Source: Acidimicrobiia bacterium
GTDB lineage: Bacteria > Actinomycetota > Acidimicrobiia > Spongiisociales > ZC4RG35
Assembly (NCBI GenBank): GCA_035281425.1
Contig: DATEDX010000084.1
Coordinates: 1 to 59,143 of the forward strand
Length of the DNA: 59,143 nucleotides
Reading direction: 5' to 3'
The translations under genes and the position numbers were made by a program. The notes below the pieces were generated by a model that was given only the letters and a program-made list of their open reading frames with translations, did no database searches and was not told where the DNA came from. This document shows positions 43,367 to 54,634 of this stretch, in pieces. Numbering within the stretch: the first letter of the stretch is position 1; each line of letters begins with the position of its first letter.

Positions 43367-44803
43367 GTGGGTGTGCGTCTCCGCTTGCTGGCCCTCCTGT
43401 CAGTCCTGGTCATCGCCGGATGTGTGGACGGGCCCGAAACCGTTCCCAATACCACCACCGCCACCAGCGCGGTGTCCACCACCACTACCTCTCCCTCCAC
43501 GACTCAGGGTGAAGGTCAATCCACGGCGACCACGGAAACGGTGGTGGAAGTCGCCCGGCTCCGATGTGACCAAGCCGACGACGACGCTTTGGTCTGTGAG
43601 GCTTACGACTTGATCAACCGCTTCTACGTCGATCAAGTGGCAGCCGCCGAGCTAGCCGACGCTGCCGCCGAGGCGGTGGTCAACCTCGACCACGAACCCA
43701 TCGCCGGCCAGCTCACCTGCCAGGTCCCCGCGGCCGCCTTCGAGGTGGTGTGTGAGGCCATGGCCGAGGAGGGCGCCAGCCAGGAAGTGGCGGTGGAAGC
43801 CACCCTCAATGGGATGATGAGCGCCCTTGATCCCAACAGCGCCTATCTATCGCCGGAAGCTCTGGCGATCCTGGAGGAGGACCAGTCGGGCGAAGTAGAA
43901 GGAATTGGAGCCCTGGTGGCGTCCGAGGATCTCACCGCTGAGGACCCCACCGCCACACCGTGCCCGGTGATCTCGTCCACCTGCCAGCTGGTGGTGATCT
44001 CCACCTTCGCCGAGGGACCGGCCGACCGGGCCGGGGTCGAGCCGGGCGACATCTTCATCGCCGTCGACGGTGAGCTGATCGAAGGGTGGACGGTTGATGA
44101 AGTGACGGCGGCGGTACGGGGTCCGGCGGGGACCCGGGTCACCTTGACCATGGATCGCGATGGTCAGCTGATCGACATTCCCATCATGCGGGCCTCCATC
44201 AGCGTCCCCGTGGTGGAAACCGCCACGGTCGGCTCCACCGGCTATCTCCGCCTCAATCTCTTCACCGACCGCTCCGACCTCCAATTCCACACCGCACTGG
44301 AAGGACTGCTCGACGATGGGATCGACCAGCTGGTCCTCGACCTGCGCGATAACCCCGGCGGCGCCCTCGACGCCACCGTGGCCATCGCCAGCGAGTTCCT
44401 CACCAGCGGAGTGGTGGTGAGGACCGAAGCTCCCTCTGACGAGGACATCTACGAGGTCCGGCGGGGCGGGATTGCCACCGATCCCGAACTCGACGTCGCC
44501 GTCCTCGTCAACCGGGGAAGCGCCTCTGCCTCCGAGGTCCTTTCGGGGGCGCTCAAGGAGGCAGGACGGGCGGTGGTAATCGGTGAGAACACCTTCGGTA
44601 AGAACACCGTCCAGCAGCGTTTCGGGCTCTCCAACGGTGGTGCCCTCAAGCTGACCGTGGCCCGGTGGGTGACGGCGGCGGGAACCGACTTCGGTGGCGA
44701 CGGCATCACCCCTGATGTCGCCGCCGAGCTACCCCCCGAGCTCACCCCCGACGAACTGGTGAGTGAGGTAGCTCAGCTGGCTGGATGGAGCAACGCCGCT
44801 TAG
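43367..44803 (+). CDS. S41 family C-terminal processing peptidase with PDZ domain (lipoprotein), tandem paralog
   Basis: GTG 43367 (or TTG 43361) inside track ORF 43265..44803. Lipobox [38 protein letters not shown] ... GENTFGK. Confidence 0.85.
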   Translation: MGVRLRLLALLSVLVIAGCVDGPETVPNTTTATSAVSTTTTSPSTTQGEGQSTATTETVVEVARLRCDQADDDALVCEAYDLINRFYVDQVAAAELADAAAEAVVNLDHEPIAGQLTCQVPAAAFEVVCEAMAEEGASQEVAVEATLNGMMSALDPNSAYLSPEALAILEEDQSGEVEGIGALVASEDLTAEDPTATPCPVISSTCQLVVISTFAEGPADRAGVEPGDIFIAVDGELIEGWTVDEVTAAVRGPAGTRVTLTMDRDGQLIDIPIMRASISVPVVETATVGSTGYLRLNLFTDRSDLQFHTALEGLLDDGIDQLVLDLRDNPGGALDATVAIASEFLTSGVVVRTEAPSDEDIYEVRRGGIATDPELDVAVLVNRGSASASEVLSGALKEAGRAVVIGENTFGKNTVQQRFGLSNGGALKLTVARWVTAAGTDFGGDGITPDVAAELPPELTPDELVSEVAQLAGWSNAA

Positions 44804-45468
44804 GCATCGGCGGGAGGGGCGTTCACCCCTAGGCCCACGGGACACGACACCCCCGTGGAGTGGTCGGGGCAATAACCGTAGGGGTTCTTGGCCAGATACT
44901 GCTGGTGGTAGTCCTCGGCGTAGTAGAAGGCTCCTGCCGGAGCGATCTCGGTGGTGATGGCGCCGTAGCCGTGACGACTCAGCTCCCGCTGGTAAACGTC
45001 ACGGCTGGCCAGGGCCTCTTGCAGTTGGGCTTCGGAGGTGGCAAAGATGGCGGAGCGGTACTGGCTGCCGACATCGTTGCCCTGACGCATCCCCTGGGTC
45101 GGGTCGTGGCTCTCCCAGAAGTGGCGGAGCAGCTCCTGATACGTCACCCGACTGGGATCGTAGACCACCAACACCGCCTCAGCGTGGCCGCTGCGGCCGG
45201 TGCAAACTTCCTCGTAGGTGGGGTTGGGGGTGTAACCGCCGGCGTAACCCGCCGCCGTCGAGTACACACCAGGCACCTGCCAGAACATCTTCTCCTCCCC
45301 CCAGAAACAACCGAGGGCGAAGATCGCCGTCTCCAGACCCTCTGGAAATGGGGGGACGATGCGGTGACCGTTGACATGATGGAACTCCGGGACGGCAAGC
45401 GGGTTATCCCTTCCGGGAAGGGCCTGCTCGGGCCCGATCGTCTCGGTTTTGTGGCCGAACCGCCACAT
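44800..45468 (-). CDS. msrA: peptide-methionine (S)-S-oxide reductase
   Basis: GCFWG active-site motif. ATG 45468 chosen inside track ORF 44800..45507. Its stop overlaps the stop of the convergent S41 gene. Confidence 0.9.
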   Translation of the reverse strand: MWRFGHKTETIGPEQALPGRDNPLAVPEFHHVNGHRIVPPFPEGLETAIFALGCFWGEEKMFWQVPGVYSTAAGYAGGYTPNPTYEEVCTGRSGHAEAVLVVYDPSRVTYQELLRHFWESHDPTQGMRQGNDVGSQYRSAIFATSEAQLQEALASRDVYQRELSRHGYGAITTEIAPAGAFYYAEDYHQQYLAKNPYGYCPDHSTGVSCPVGLGVNAPPADA

Positions 45469-45575
45469 TTTGGGGCTCCTTTTCGTTGGGCGTATCCCAT
45501 TCAACAACGAGTGGGGAGGGTTGGTTCCAACTCGGAGGCATAGATCGGGGGCAATCTGGGTACGATCGCAGCCTC

Positions 45576-46469
45576 GTGGTCAAGTTCCGCAAACCCGTGC
45601 AACGGTCAGGAGACCTCGTCGATCGCCGGGGGGCACCCGGACGGCGGGGGGGAATCGCCATCGGGGCCGGTGGTGGGGGCCTGGCCATCATCATCGCCAT
45701 CCTGTTCGCGGTGCTGGGTGGGGGTGGCGGCGGCTTGGAGGACATCATCGGTCAGCTGCAGCCTCCGCCCCAATCCGCCGAGGAGGCGCCCCTCGATCCT
45801 TCGGTCGACCCTCAGGCGGACCTGGTGGATTTCCTGTCGGTGGTGCTGGATGACAATCAAGCGATGTGGGAGGAGATCTTCATCCAGTCCGATCGGCAGT
45901 ATCGCCGGGCTCAACTGGTGCTGTTCGAGGAGGCCACCGCTTCTGGCTGCGGAGGCGCTCACGCTGGTGTGGGACCCCACTACTGCCCCCTCGACGACAC
46001 CATCTACATGGACCTGGGCTTCTTCGAGGTCCTCGCCTCCCGCTTCGGAGCCGCCGGCGACCTCGCCCCCGCCTACGTGCTTTCCCATGAGATTGCCCAC
46101 CACGTGCAGAACGTGCTCGGGGTGAGCGAACAGGTTCGTGACATGCAGCAAGCCAACCCCGCCCAGGCCAACGACCTCTCGGTGCGGCTCGAGTTGCAGG
46201 CCGACTGCTACGCGGGGGTGTGGGCCTCGACGGTGTTCGTGGGAGAGCTCCAGACCGGGGAGGATTTGGCCCTGGATCCGGGGGAGATCGCCGAGGCCCT
46301 GGAAGCAGCGGCGGCGGTAGGAGACGACCGAATCCAGGAAACCAGCCAAGGTCGCAGCGACCCCGAAACTTTCACCCATGGCACCTCCGAACAGAGGCAA
46401 CGCTGGTTCCAGACCGGCTATGAAACCGGCAACCCGGCCGCCTGCGACACCTTTTCCGGCGACGTATAA
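45576..46469 (+). CDS. neutral zinc metallopeptidase (YpfJ family)
   Basis: N-terminal SGDLVDRRG + Gly-rich [11 protein letters not shown] zinc motif. [15 protein letters not shown] 45576 chosen. Confidence 0.8.
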   Translation: MVKFRKPVQRSGDLVDRRGAPGRRGGIAIGAGGGGLAIIIAILFAVLGGGGGGLEDIIGQLQPPPQSAEEAPLDPSVDPQADLVDFLSVVLDDNQAMWEEIFIQSDRQYRRAQLVLFEEATASGCGGAHAGVGPHYCPLDDTIYMDLGFFEVLASRFGAAGDLAPAYVLSHEIAHHVQNVLGVSEQVRDMQQANPAQANDLSVRLELQADCYAGVWASTVFVGELQTGEDLALDPGEIAEALEAAAAVGDDRIQETSQGRSDPETFTHGTSEQRQRWFQTGYETGNPAACDTFSGDV

Positions 46470-46521
46470 GCCGGTTTCCGTTTTCCTCCCTCCGCCGGTC
46501 CCGTTAGCCTCCTGTTGAGTC

Positions 46522-47586
46522 ATGGGCGCACGTCGGGCGGCCGCCGCTTTCACCACTGGTTTCCTGCTACTTGCTTTGGTGCCGGTGGCCGGAGCCAGTT
46601 CGGTGAGCGAAGCCGAGCGCGCCAAACACACCGCCGACCGGTTAGTGACCGCCGCCGTTGCCAACCGGGATGCCTTGGAATCCGAACTGCTGGCGGCGCT
46701 GGAGCGTTACCACCTGCTCGCCGAGCAGCTGGCCGATGTCTCCGCCGGTCTTGACGGCTTGCGAGAACGAATCGCTCGCACCCATCTCGAACTCGAAGAG
46801 GTCGGTGAGGAGACGGCGGAGCGAGCCGTGGCTGCCTACATGCAAGCCGTGTCCATGCCCAGCGCCTTGATGCTCGCCACCCCCAGTCTGGAAGGGGCGC
46901 TAGTGGTCGAGCGTTCCTTTGCCCTCCTCTCCGGGGAGGATCGCCAGCAGATCAACAGCCTGGCTGTCAGCGAGCGGGCCCTGCGGTCCTTGCAGGATCA
47001 ATATGTGCTGGAGTTGACCCGGGTGCAGAGCTTGCAGCAGGAGGTGGAGCGGGAGGCCGATCATCTCGAAGCTTTGTACGCCGCCGCCGATCTGGCCGTA
47101 GCCGAGGCCATCGCCGCCGCCCGGGCAGCCGACGCCGCCTATCAGGAGGCCCTGGACGAAGTAGCCCGGGCTCAAGCTATCGCCGCCGAACGGGCTAAAC
47201 GCGAGCAGCGGTCCACCACCACCGTCACCAGCCCACCTACCGGAACCTCCCCCTCCGATCCACCCGGAACCCGGACCTTCCGCCCGGCGGTGGAAAGGTG
47301 GCGGTCTTTGGTCGCGGCCTACTTTCCCGACTACCTGGTCGATCAGGCCCTGTCGGTCATCGACTGTGAAAGCCGTGGCAATCCCGAGGCACGCAACCCT
47401 TATTCGGGCGCCTCCGGACTCTTTCAGTTCCTGCCCGGAACCTGGGCGGTGGTAGCCCCTAAAGCCGGATTCCCCGACTCCAGCCCCTTCGACCCGGAGG
47501 CCAACATCGGCTCAGCCTGGTGGCTGGTCAACTACTACCTCAATCAGGGCAAACACCCCTGGACGGCCTGGAACTGCCAGCCCTAG
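46522..47586 (+). CDS. secreted coiled-coil protein with C-terminal lytic transglycosylase (SLT/GH23-like) domain
   Basis: Signal peptide, long Ala/Glu/Leu-rich coiled coil, then IDCESRGNPEARNPYSGASGLFQFLPGTW. Confidence 0.75.
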   Translation: MGARRAAAAFTTGFLLLALVPVAGASSVSEAERAKHTADRLVTAAVANRDALESELLAALERYHLLAEQLADVSAGLDGLRERIARTHLELEEVGEETAERAVAAYMQAVSMPSALMLATPSLEGALVVERSFALLSGEDRQQINSLAVSERALRSLQDQYVLELTRVQSLQQEVEREADHLEALYAAADLAVAEAIAAARAADAAYQEALDEVARAQAIAAERAKREQRSTTTVTSPPTGTSPSDPPGTRTFRPAVERWRSLVAAYFPDYLVDQALSVIDCESRGNPEARNPYSGASGLFQFLPGTWAVVAPKAGFPDSSPFDPEANIGSAWWLVNYYLNQGKHPWTAWNCQP

Positions 47587-47624
47587 CCGCCGACCGGCCC
47601 GGGGGAGCGAATCTGCTCCCGGGA

Positions 47625-49637
47625 GTGAACCTGAGTCCGGAAGGAGCCACTTTCTCGGTGCGAGCTCCTCATGCCGAAGCGGTGGAGGTGTGCCTATTCA
47701 GGGTCGACGGGGAGGAGCGGTTGGATTTGCACCGGCAATCACCCGAGTGGTTCGAAGGGAACCTCGCCTCAGCCCGGCCGGGGGACCTCTATGGCTTCAG
47801 GCTCCACGGTCGCTGGGAACCGGCGGCGGGGATCTTTACCAATCCTGCCAAGCTGTTGCTCGACCCCTACGGTCGTCAGTTTGTAGGCGATCTACGGCCC
47901 CACCCGGCGCTCGTCACCCACCGGCCTCGCCACGAAGACGCTCCCGACCCCCGCGACAGTGCCCCCTTCGTGCCCCGCTCGGTGATAGCCGACAGCAACT
48001 TCGATTGGGGTGACGACCGGCCACCGCAAGTGCCCTGGGAGGAGACCCTCATCTACGAAACCCACGTTCGGGGCCTGACCCGACTGCATCCGGCGGTGCC
48101 GGCCGAACTCCGGGGGTCCTACCTTGGCGTCATCACCGAACCGGTGGTCGAGCACCTGCAGGCGCTGGGCGTCACCGCCCTGGAGTTGCTGCCGGTTCAA
48201 TATTCGGTCACCGAACCTTGGCTGAGCCGGCGGAACCTGACCAATTACTGGGGCTACGCCACGGCCGGGTTTTTCGCCCCGCAATGGCGCCTGGCGGCCG
48301 GGGATGACCCGATCGGGGAGTTCAAGGCGATGGTGCGAGGCCTGCACCGGGCCGGGATCGAAGTCATCCTCGATGTGGTTTACAACCACACTGCTGAGGG
48401 CAGCCTGAAGGGACCAACCTTCGCCTTCCGGGGGTTCGACAACCCCGGGTTCTACCGCCTCGACCCCGCTGATCGGCGCCGGTACCTGGATTGGACGGGG
48501 ACGGGGAATTCGGTCGACCACACCCTGGCTTGGCCCCTCGAACTCACCCTCGCCTCACTCCGCTATTGGGCTCTGGAGATGCACGTTGACGGGTTTCGCT
48601 TCGATCTGGCGACTTCCCTCGGTCGGGTGGGGGAAGGCTTTACCGCCGGGGCGCCACTGCTCCAGGCCATCGCCGCCGACCCGATCCTCTCGGACCTGAA
48701 GCTGATCGCCGAACCCTGGGACCTGGGGCCCGGCGGCTACCAGTTGGGGGGATTCCCGCCCGGCTGGTCGGAGTGGAACGATCGATTCCGTGACGAGGTG
48801 CGCGACTTCTGGCGGACGACCGACCAGGCCCGGGCCAGCCTGGCTCGACGTCTCACCGGCAGCGAGGATCTCTTCGCGGGACGGCGAGCCACCACCTCCA
48901 TCAACTTCGTCACCGCCCACGATGGGTTCACGCTGACCGACCTGGTCTCCCACAACCACAAACACAACCATGCCAACCGGGAGCACAACCGGGACGGGGA
49001 AAGCCACAACCGGTCGTGGAACTCGGGGGTGGAAGGCGCCACCGACGACGCTGCCATCCTCGCCCTGCGCCGGACTCGGGCAGAGAGCCTCCTTGCCACC
49101 CTCTTCTTAGCCCGGGGGGTGCCGATGCTGACCGGGGGCGATGAGCTGGGCCGGACCCAGGGTGGCAATAACAACGCCTACTGCCAGGACAACGAGGTTT
49201 CCTGGTACCAGTGGGAAAAGATGGACTGGGAGCGGGTGGGATTGGTCCAGACCCTGTCAGCGCTGCGACGGCGTCATCGGGTGTTGCAGACTCACCACTG
49301 GCCCGACGGTGAGATACTGGCCGGGGGCCTGGCAGACGTGATGTGGTTCCGTCCCGAGGGGTCGGCGATGGCCCCCGAAGACTGGCAAGATCCCCACGAC
49401 CACGGCCTCAGCGCCTTCTTCAACGGGGAGGTGCTAACCCCCAACGACGCCAGCTTCCTCCTCTACCTCAACGGCGGCCACCGTCCCCGGTCGTTTCACC
49501 TTCCCGAGGTGCTTTCGCCCCGTCAATGGGACCTCGTCATCGACACCGGCCACACCCTTTCCGCATTCACCCCGGTGATGGTGGTGGCCCCCTTCGCCCT
49601 GGTGGCGGCCCGGTCGTCCCCCATCCTGCATTCTTAG
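47625..49637 (+). CDS. glgX: glycogen debranching enzyme
   Basis: GH13 motifs VILDVVYNHT, GFRFDLA, IAEPWD, FVTAHDGF. Start uncertain: GTG 47625 chosen to avoid a 67-nt overlap with the previous gene. Confidence 0.9.
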   Translation: MNLSPEGATFSVRAPHAEAVEVCLFRVDGEERLDLHRQSPEWFEGNLASARPGDLYGFRLHGRWEPAAGIFTNPAKLLLDPYGRQFVGDLRPHPALVTHRPRHEDAPDPRDSAPFVPRSVIADSNFDWGDDRPPQVPWEETLIYETHVRGLTRLHPAVPAELRGSYLGVITEPVVEHLQALGVTALELLPVQYSVTEPWLSRRNLTNYWGYATAGFFAPQWRLAAGDDPIGEFKAMVRGLHRAGIEVILDVVYNHTAEGSLKGPTFAFRGFDNPGFYRLDPADRRRYLDWTGTGNSVDHTLAWPLELTLASLRYWALEMHVDGFRFDLATSLGRVGEGFTAGAPLLQAIAADPILSDLKLIAEPWDLGPGGYQLGGFPPGWSEWNDRFRDEVRDFWRTTDQARASLARRLTGSEDLFAGRRATTSINFVTAHDGFTLTDLVSHNHKHNHANREHNRDGESHNRSWNSGVEGATDDAAILALRRTRAESLLATLFLARGVPMLTGGDELGRTQGGNNNAYCQDNEVSWYQWEKMDWERVGLVQTLSALRRRHRVLQTHHWPDGEILAGGLADVMWFRPEGSAMAPEDWQDPHDHGLSAFFNGEVLTPNDASFLLYLNGGHRPRSFHLPEVLSPRQWDLVIDTGHTLSAFTPVMVVAPFALVAARSSPILHS

Positions 49638-49677
49638 GACCCAGAGGGGCCGGAAAACGGCCCGTTTGGGTCCTAAG
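49633..49677. terminator. long hairpin between convergent glgX and glgC (candidate bidirectional terminator)
   Basis: CTTAGGACCCA ... TGGGTCCTAAG (11-bp perfect outer stem) enclosing GGGCCG-GAAAA-CGGCCC. Confidence 0.55.
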
Positions 49678-49694
49678 AAAGCGGATAGGTGGGT

Positions 49695-50933
49695 TCAGAG
49701 GATCTGGTGGCCTTTGGCCACGGCGGTGATCCCTCCCGAGGAGACAGTGAACAGTTCCTCGTCCTGTTCTTGAGAGCCTCCGATCTGATAGCCGGGCGGA
49801 ACGTCGACGTTCTTGTCGATGATGGCCCCGCGGACGGTGGCACCGGCGCCGACACGGACGTCGTTGAGGAGGATGGAGTTCTCCACCGTCGCTCCCGTCT
49901 CCACCCGCACCCCCGGGGAGAGCACCGAGTTGTACACGTAGGCCCCGGAGAGGATCACCCCGTTGGAGAGAATGGAATCGCTCACCTGGCCGGCACCGTG
50001 GTTGGCCACCGCCACCACCTTGGCGGGCGGTTGGGTGTGTCCGGCCGTGTAGATCGGCCAGTCGTCGTTGTAGAGGTTGAAGATGGGTTCGGTGGCAGTG
50101 AGGTCCATGTGCGCCTCGTGATAGGAGTCGAGGGTGCCAACGTCCCGCCAGTAGCCCCGCTCTCGATCGCTTACCCCCGGCACCTCGTTGTTGATGAAGT
50201 CGTAGACACTGGCCTCCCCCGCCTCCACCATGCGAGGGATGAGGTTGCCACCCAGGTCATGGCGGGAGGTCTCGTCTTCGGCGTCGAGGGCTAGTTGGTC
50301 GAGCAGCACCTTGGTGGTGAAGACATAGTTGCCCATCGAGACCAAAACGCTGGCGGGGTCTTCGGGGATGGGGCGGGCGTCGGGGGGCTTTTCCCGGAAA
50401 GCTTCGATCCGGGTGCTTCTACCCTTTTCGATTACCCCGAACTGATAGGCCTGGTCGAGGGGAACCCGGATGCCGGCCACCGTCACCCCCGCCCCCGATT
50501 CGATGTGATGCTCGAGCATTTGCATCGGATCCATGCGGTAGATGTGATCGGCGCCAAACACGAAAAGGTATTCGGGATCGGCGTCTTCGACCAGGTTGAG
50601 GTTCTGGTAGATGGCGTCGGCGGAGCCGAGGAACCACCGCTGCCCGAGCCGCATCTGGGCTGGGACCGAGGTGACATAGTTGCCGAGGAGGGTCGACATC
50701 CGCCAAGTGCGGGAGATGTGCACATTCAGAGAGTGGCTCTTGTATTGGGTCAGGACCACGATCCGCCGTTGTCCGCCGTTGACCAGGTTGGAGAGGGCGA
50801 AATCGATCAGCCGGTAGTGACCCCCGAAAGGTACCGCTGGTTTGGCTCGGTCCCGGGTGAGCGGCATCAGACGTTTGCCTTCTCCCCCGGCTAGAACCAT
50901 CGACAGCACATTGGTTCGGCCCCGGGTGGTCAT
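49695..50933 (-). CDS. glgC: glucose-1-phosphate adenylyltransferase
   Basis: [37 protein letters not shown]-terminal signature and a left-handed beta-helix C-terminus. Confidence 0.92.
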   Translation of the reverse strand: MTTRGRTNVLSMVLAGGEGKRLMPLTRDRAKPAVPFGGHYRLIDFALSNLVNGGQRRIVVLTQYKSHSLNVHISRTWRMSTLLGNYVTSVPAQMRLGQRWFLGSADAIYQNLNLVEDADPEYLFVFGADHIYRMDPMQMLEHHIESGAGVTVAGIRVPLDQAYQFGVIEKGRSTRIEAFREKPPDARPIPEDPASVLVSMGNYVFTTKVLLDQLALDAEDETSRHDLGGNLIPRMVEAGEASVYDFINNEVPGVSDRERGYWRDVGTLDSYHEAHMDLTATEPIFNLYNDDWPIYTAGHTQPPAKVVAVANHGAGQVSDSILSNGVILSGAYVYNSVLSPGVRVETGATVENSILLNDVRVGAGATVRGAIIDKNVDVPPGYQIGGSQEQDEELFTVSSGGITAVAKGHQIL

Positions 50934-50952
50934 CTCGGCTCCCTTCTTGTGG

Positions 50953-52827
50953 TCATGGGGGACCCGCTTCGGCCAGGAATGTTGCCGAAAGTGGAGGCAA
51001 CGTCAAGAGCAGAGATTGCTGGTAGCCCTGATTGGGACGATCGGTGGTTGACCAGGTGTGTTCGGTCCAGGTGCCGAGCCCTCCGTAACGGGCGTCGTCA
51101 CTGGCGGCGAGGACTTCCCAGCGGCCGGCGGTGGGGACCCCAACGACGTAGTCGTCCCACGGCACCGGGGTGAAGTTCACCAGCACCAGCACCGGTCGGG
51201 CTCCTTCGGCTCGGCGAAGAAAGGCCAGCACGCCGTGGGAGTAGTCGTCGGCTTCGATCCAGGCGAAGCCTTGGGGGAGATGGTCTTCGCGATGCAAGGC
51301 CGGTTCGGACATCATCAGCCGGTTGAGTTCGGTAACCCACTGCTGGACGCCACGGTGTTCGGGTGCCTGAAGCGATCCCCAGGAAAGTTCACTTTCGTGG
51401 TTCCACTCCTCCCATTGGGCGATCTCTCCTCCCATAAAGAGCAGCTTCTTCCCGGGGGTGGCCCACAGATAGCCGAACAGGGCCCGCAGCCCGGCAAAAC
51501 GTCGCCAGCCCTCCCCGTATTGTTTTCCGAGCAGCGACCTCTTGCCGTGCACCACCTCGTCATGAGACAGGGAGAGCATGAACCGCTCCGAGTTGGCGTA
51601 GAGGCCCCGAAAGGTAAGCAGACGGTGGGTATCGGGATGGGAACGGAACAGCGGATCGAGGCGGACATAACGCAGGGTGTCGTTCATCCAGCCCATATCC
51701 CACTTGTAGTTGAAGCCGAGCCCGCCCTCCTCGAGGGGACCGGTGACCCGGGGCCAGGCGGTGGATTCCTCGGCGATGACCACCGCCCCCGGGAAACGCT
51801 GATGGACCGAACCGTTGAGACGGCGCAAGAACTCGACCGCCATCAGGTTTTCTCTCCCCCCGTGACGGTTGGGGATCCACTCCCCCTCCTGGCGGGAGTA
51901 GTCGAGGTAAAGCATGGAGGCGACGGCATCGACCCGGAGACCGTCGGCGTGATACTTCTCCAACCAGAAGTGGCCTGAGGAAAGGAGAAAGCTCCGGACT
52001 TCGCCTCGTTCGTAGTTGAAGATGAACGAGTTCCAGTCGGGGTGATAGCCCCTCCGAGCGTCGGCATGCTCGAACAGATGGGTCCCGTCGAAGTAGCCGA
52101 GACCGTGTTCGTCGGAGGGAAAGTGGGAAGGCACCCAGTCGAGGATTACGCCGATCCCCCGCTGGTGGAGGTGGTCGATCATGAACATCAGGTCTTGGGG
52201 GGTGCCGTAGCGGGCGGTGGGGGCGAAGAAGCCCGTGCACTGATAGCCCCACGACCCGTAGAAGGGATGTTCCATCACCGGCATCAGTTCGACGTGGGTG
52301 AAGCCGTGGGCGAGGCAATAGTCGGCTAGCGGTTCGGCCAGGGATCGGTAAGACACCTCACCTTGACGGCGCCACGAACCGAGATGAACCTCGTAAACCG
52401 AGATGGGCGCGTCGGGCGCCTGGCGAGCTCCGCGCCCCGACATCCATTGCTCGTCTCCCCACTGGTAGTCGAGGCTCCACACTTTGGAACCGGTCGCCGG
52501 AGGGGTCTCCGAATAGTTACCGAAGGGGTCGGCTTTGTTGACGGCGTAGTAGTTGTGGCGGGAGACGATCCGGTACTTGTAGACCGCTCCGTGTTCGATC
52601 CCCTCAATCTCACCGTGCCACATTCCCCCCTCTTCCCCCTGCAAGGGATGTGCCTTCTCGTCCCAGCCGTTCCACTCGCCGACTACCGAGACCCAGGCGG
52701 CGTTGGGCGCCCAGAGGCGGAAGGCCGTCGACTCATGGTGACGATGGGCGCCGAGCAGTTCGTAGAGGCGATCGTGATGTCCTTCCGCGAATAGCCAGCG
52801 GTCATCGTCGGTCAGAGAACGCGCCAT
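50953..52827 (-). CDS. glgB: 1,4-alpha-glucan branching enzyme
   Basis: ATG 52827 inside track ORF 50953..52989. GH13 motifs [37 protein letters not shown]. Confidence 0.92.
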   Translation of the reverse strand: MARSLTDDDRWLFAEGHHDRLYELLGAHRHHESTAFRLWAPNAAWVSVVGEWNGWDEKAHPLQGEEGGMWHGEIEGIEHGAVYKYRIVSRHNYYAVNKADPFGNYSETPPATGSKVWSLDYQWGDEQWMSGRGARQAPDAPISVYEVHLGSWRRQGEVSYRSLAEPLADYCLAHGFTHVELMPVMEHPFYGSWGYQCTGFFAPTARYGTPQDLMFMIDHLHQRGIGVILDWVPSHFPSDEHGLGYFDGTHLFEHADARRGYHPDWNSFIFNYERGEVRSFLLSSGHFWLEKYHADGLRVDAVASMLYLDYSRQEGEWIPNRHGGRENLMAVEFLRRLNGSVHQRFPGAVVIAEESTAWPRVTGPLEEGGLGFNYKWDMGWMNDTLRYVRLDPLFRSHPDTHRLLTFRGLYANSERFMLSLSHDEVVHGKRSLLGKQYGEGWRRFAGLRALFGYLWATPGKKLLFMGGEIAQWEEWNHESELSWGSLQAPEHRGVQQWVTELNRLMMSEPALHREDHLPQGFAWIEADDYSHGVLAFLRRAEGARPVLVLVNFTPVPWDDYVVGVPTAGRWEVLAASDDARYGGLGTWTEHTWSTTDRPNQGYQQSLLLTLPPLSATFLAEAGPP

Positions 52828-52874
52828 CGCCCCTGACGATAGAAGGAGACCGTGGCCCTCCGCCCCGGGGAGGC

Positions 52875-54152
52875 CTAAGAAGCGCCGCCGGGGAAGCCGG
52901 GTACCTCGGCCGGGCTCACCTGGGGAAGCACCGGGGTGGGAGCCGGTCGCCGCCAGGTGAGGTGCGCCCAGGTAGCGGCGCCGAAACAAGCAGCCGCTCC
53001 GAGGAGAATGGCGGCCCGGGCGCCGAACTGGTCGGCCACCCAGCCAACCAGCGGACCGCCAATGGGGGTGCTGCCCAAGAAGACCATGGCCTGGAGGGCT
53101 AGCACCCGGCCCCGGTAGGCGGGAGCGGCGAGGAGTTGGACGAGGGCGGTGGAGGAGGTCATGAACCCGATCGAGCCCAATCCCACCACCACCGCCCCCA
53201 GATAGGCGACGGCCATGGTGGGGGAGGCCGCCAGGATCACCATCCCCAGCCCGAAGAGGGCCGCCGACCCCACCAGGTGGGATTTGGGAACGGTTTCCCG
53301 ACGGGCCGTGGCGAGCGCCCCCACCACCGCCGCCACGCTCATGGTGGAGAAGAGCCAGGTATAAGCCTGCTCACCGGCCTCGAGAGGCCCGGTCACCAAG
53401 AGGGGGGCGGTGACCGAGAAGTTGAAGGCGATGGTCCCGATGATGGCCATCATCGCCAGGGGGACGAAGAGGTCGCGATGAGAGCGGACATATCGCAAAC
53501 CCTCCCGGGTCTGACCTCGGCCGCGGGGGTGGGGGGTGGCAGGAAAGAGCTCCGCCGTACGCATGGCCGCCAGGCTGGCGAGGACGGCGATGTAGCTGAG
53601 GCCGTCGAGATAGAAGCACCAGGCGTAACCAACGGTGAGGACCAGGAATCCAGCCAGGGCGGGGCCGAAGACCCGCGACCCCGTCATCAGGGTGCTGTTG
53701 AGGCTGACGGCGTTGGAGACGTGGCTCGGGGGGACCATCTCCACCACAAAGGCGCGCCGTGACGGGTTGTCGAAGGCGGTGAGGACCCCCTGGAGGGCGG
53801 CCAGCGGCAGGATCACTCCCACCGAGGCGTTCCCAGTCAAGACCACCGTGCCCAGAATCAGCGACTGGAGCATGGCTCCAGCTTGGGTGAAAAAGAGAAC
53901 CCTCCGTTTGTCATAGCGATCGGCGATGGTGCCGGCAAAGGCGCCGAGGAGGAGCACAGGACCGAACTGGCAGGCGGCGAGGAGGCCGAGGACGATTCCC
54001 GAGCGGGTCAGCTCCAGCACCAGCAGGGTCTGGGCGACCATCGTCATCCAGGTCCCGGTCTGGGAAATGAACTGGCCGATGAAGAACAGGCGGAAATTGC
54101 GGACGGCGAGCGACCGGAAGGTGTCGGTGAAGCCGGTGGCGAGGGTGGTCAC
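52875..54152 (-). CDS. MFS transporter (EntS/efflux-like)
   Basis: 12 TM. AGTIADRYDKRRV loop motif. 4-nt overlap with the upstream marR-type gene. Confidence 0.8.
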   Translation of the reverse strand: MTTLATGFTDTFRSLAVRNFRLFFIGQFISQTGTWMTMVAQTLLVLELTRSGIVLGLLAACQFGPVLLLGAFAGTIADRYDKRRVLFFTQAGAMLQSLILGTVVLTGNASVGVILPLAALQGVLTAFDNPSRRAFVVEMVPPSHVSNAVSLNSTLMTGSRVFGPALAGFLVLTVGYAWCFYLDGLSYIAVLASLAAMRTAELFPATPHPRGRGQTREGLRYVRSHRDLFVPLAMMAIIGTIAFNFSVTAPLLVTGPLEAGEQAYTWLFSTMSVAAVVGALATARRETVPKSHLVGSAALFGLGMVILAASPTMAVAYLGAVVVGLGSIGFMTSSTALVQLLAAPAYRGRVLALQAMVFLGSTPIGGPLVGWVADQFGARAAILLGAAACFGAATWAHLTWRRPAPTPVLPQVSPAEVPGFPGGAS

Positions 54153-54586
54153 GGCGTTTCGTCGCCAGCCAAGCGCTCCAGCAGCGGAAGGGCGGCGGCC
54201 AAGGTGGCTTCCTCCTCCGGGGTGAACTCGGTCAGCTTCTGGTTGAGATACATGGTGCGTCGGGAGCGGACCTGATCGAGGAGCTGGCGGCCGGCGGGGC
54301 TGACCGAGACCAGGCTCACCCGTCGGTCTTGGGCGATCGCCGCCCGGTTGACCAGACCGTCTTGTTCGAGTTTGGTAACGATCTTGGTGATGAAGGGTGG
54401 GGAGAGATTCTCTTTGGCGGCCAGCTCACCCAGCGGGAGCGGTCCTTCTCGACCAATCGTGGCCAGGCAGGAGAGTTGGGTGAGGGTAAGACCGCCCATG
54501 GCCTGCTGGCGAAGGATTCGCTGCAAGCGGGCGACGGCCAGACGCAGCCGCTCCGAGAGCTCCCTGCTAGTGATTGTCGAGATCAT
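54149..54586 (-). CDS. MarR family transcriptional regulator
   Basis: Winged-helix LTLTQLSCLATIGREGPLPLGELAAKENLSPPFITKIVTKLEQDGLV.R....DRR. Confidence 0.88.
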   Translation of the reverse strand: MISTITSRELSERLRLAVARLQRILRQQAMGGLTLTQLSCLATIGREGPLPLGELAAKENLSPPFITKIVTKLEQDGLVNRAAIAQDRRVSLVSVSPAGRQLLDQVRSRRTMYLNQKLTEFTPEEEATLAAALPLLERLAGDETP

Positions 54587-54614
54587 TTCCTCAGTGAAAT
54601 ATTAGCTGAGGAAA
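54586..54614. promoter_or_regulatory. perfect 9-bp inverted repeat at the marR start, candidate MarR operator
   Basis: TTTCCTCAG-TGAAATATTAG-CTGAGGAAA in the 48-bp AT-rich divergent region between marR and the CaCA gene. Confidence 0.5.
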
Positions 54615-54634
54615 GTTTCTAATCTTCAATCTCA

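Noticed and set aside
52828-52989. N-terminal extensions in the ORF track: glgB 50953..52989, trmH-like 28278..29258, maf 39492..40367, TetR 15781..16803, permease 32915..34234, M24 to 24717, msrA to 45507, YpfJ from 45486, S41 from 43265, and 4502 for the TIMP-like gene
   Set aside because: The extensions overlap neighbouring genes, are Arg/Pro/Gly-rich and precede the point where family-conserved N-termini begin. Internal starts give ATGA/TGATG couplings or proper signal peptides.
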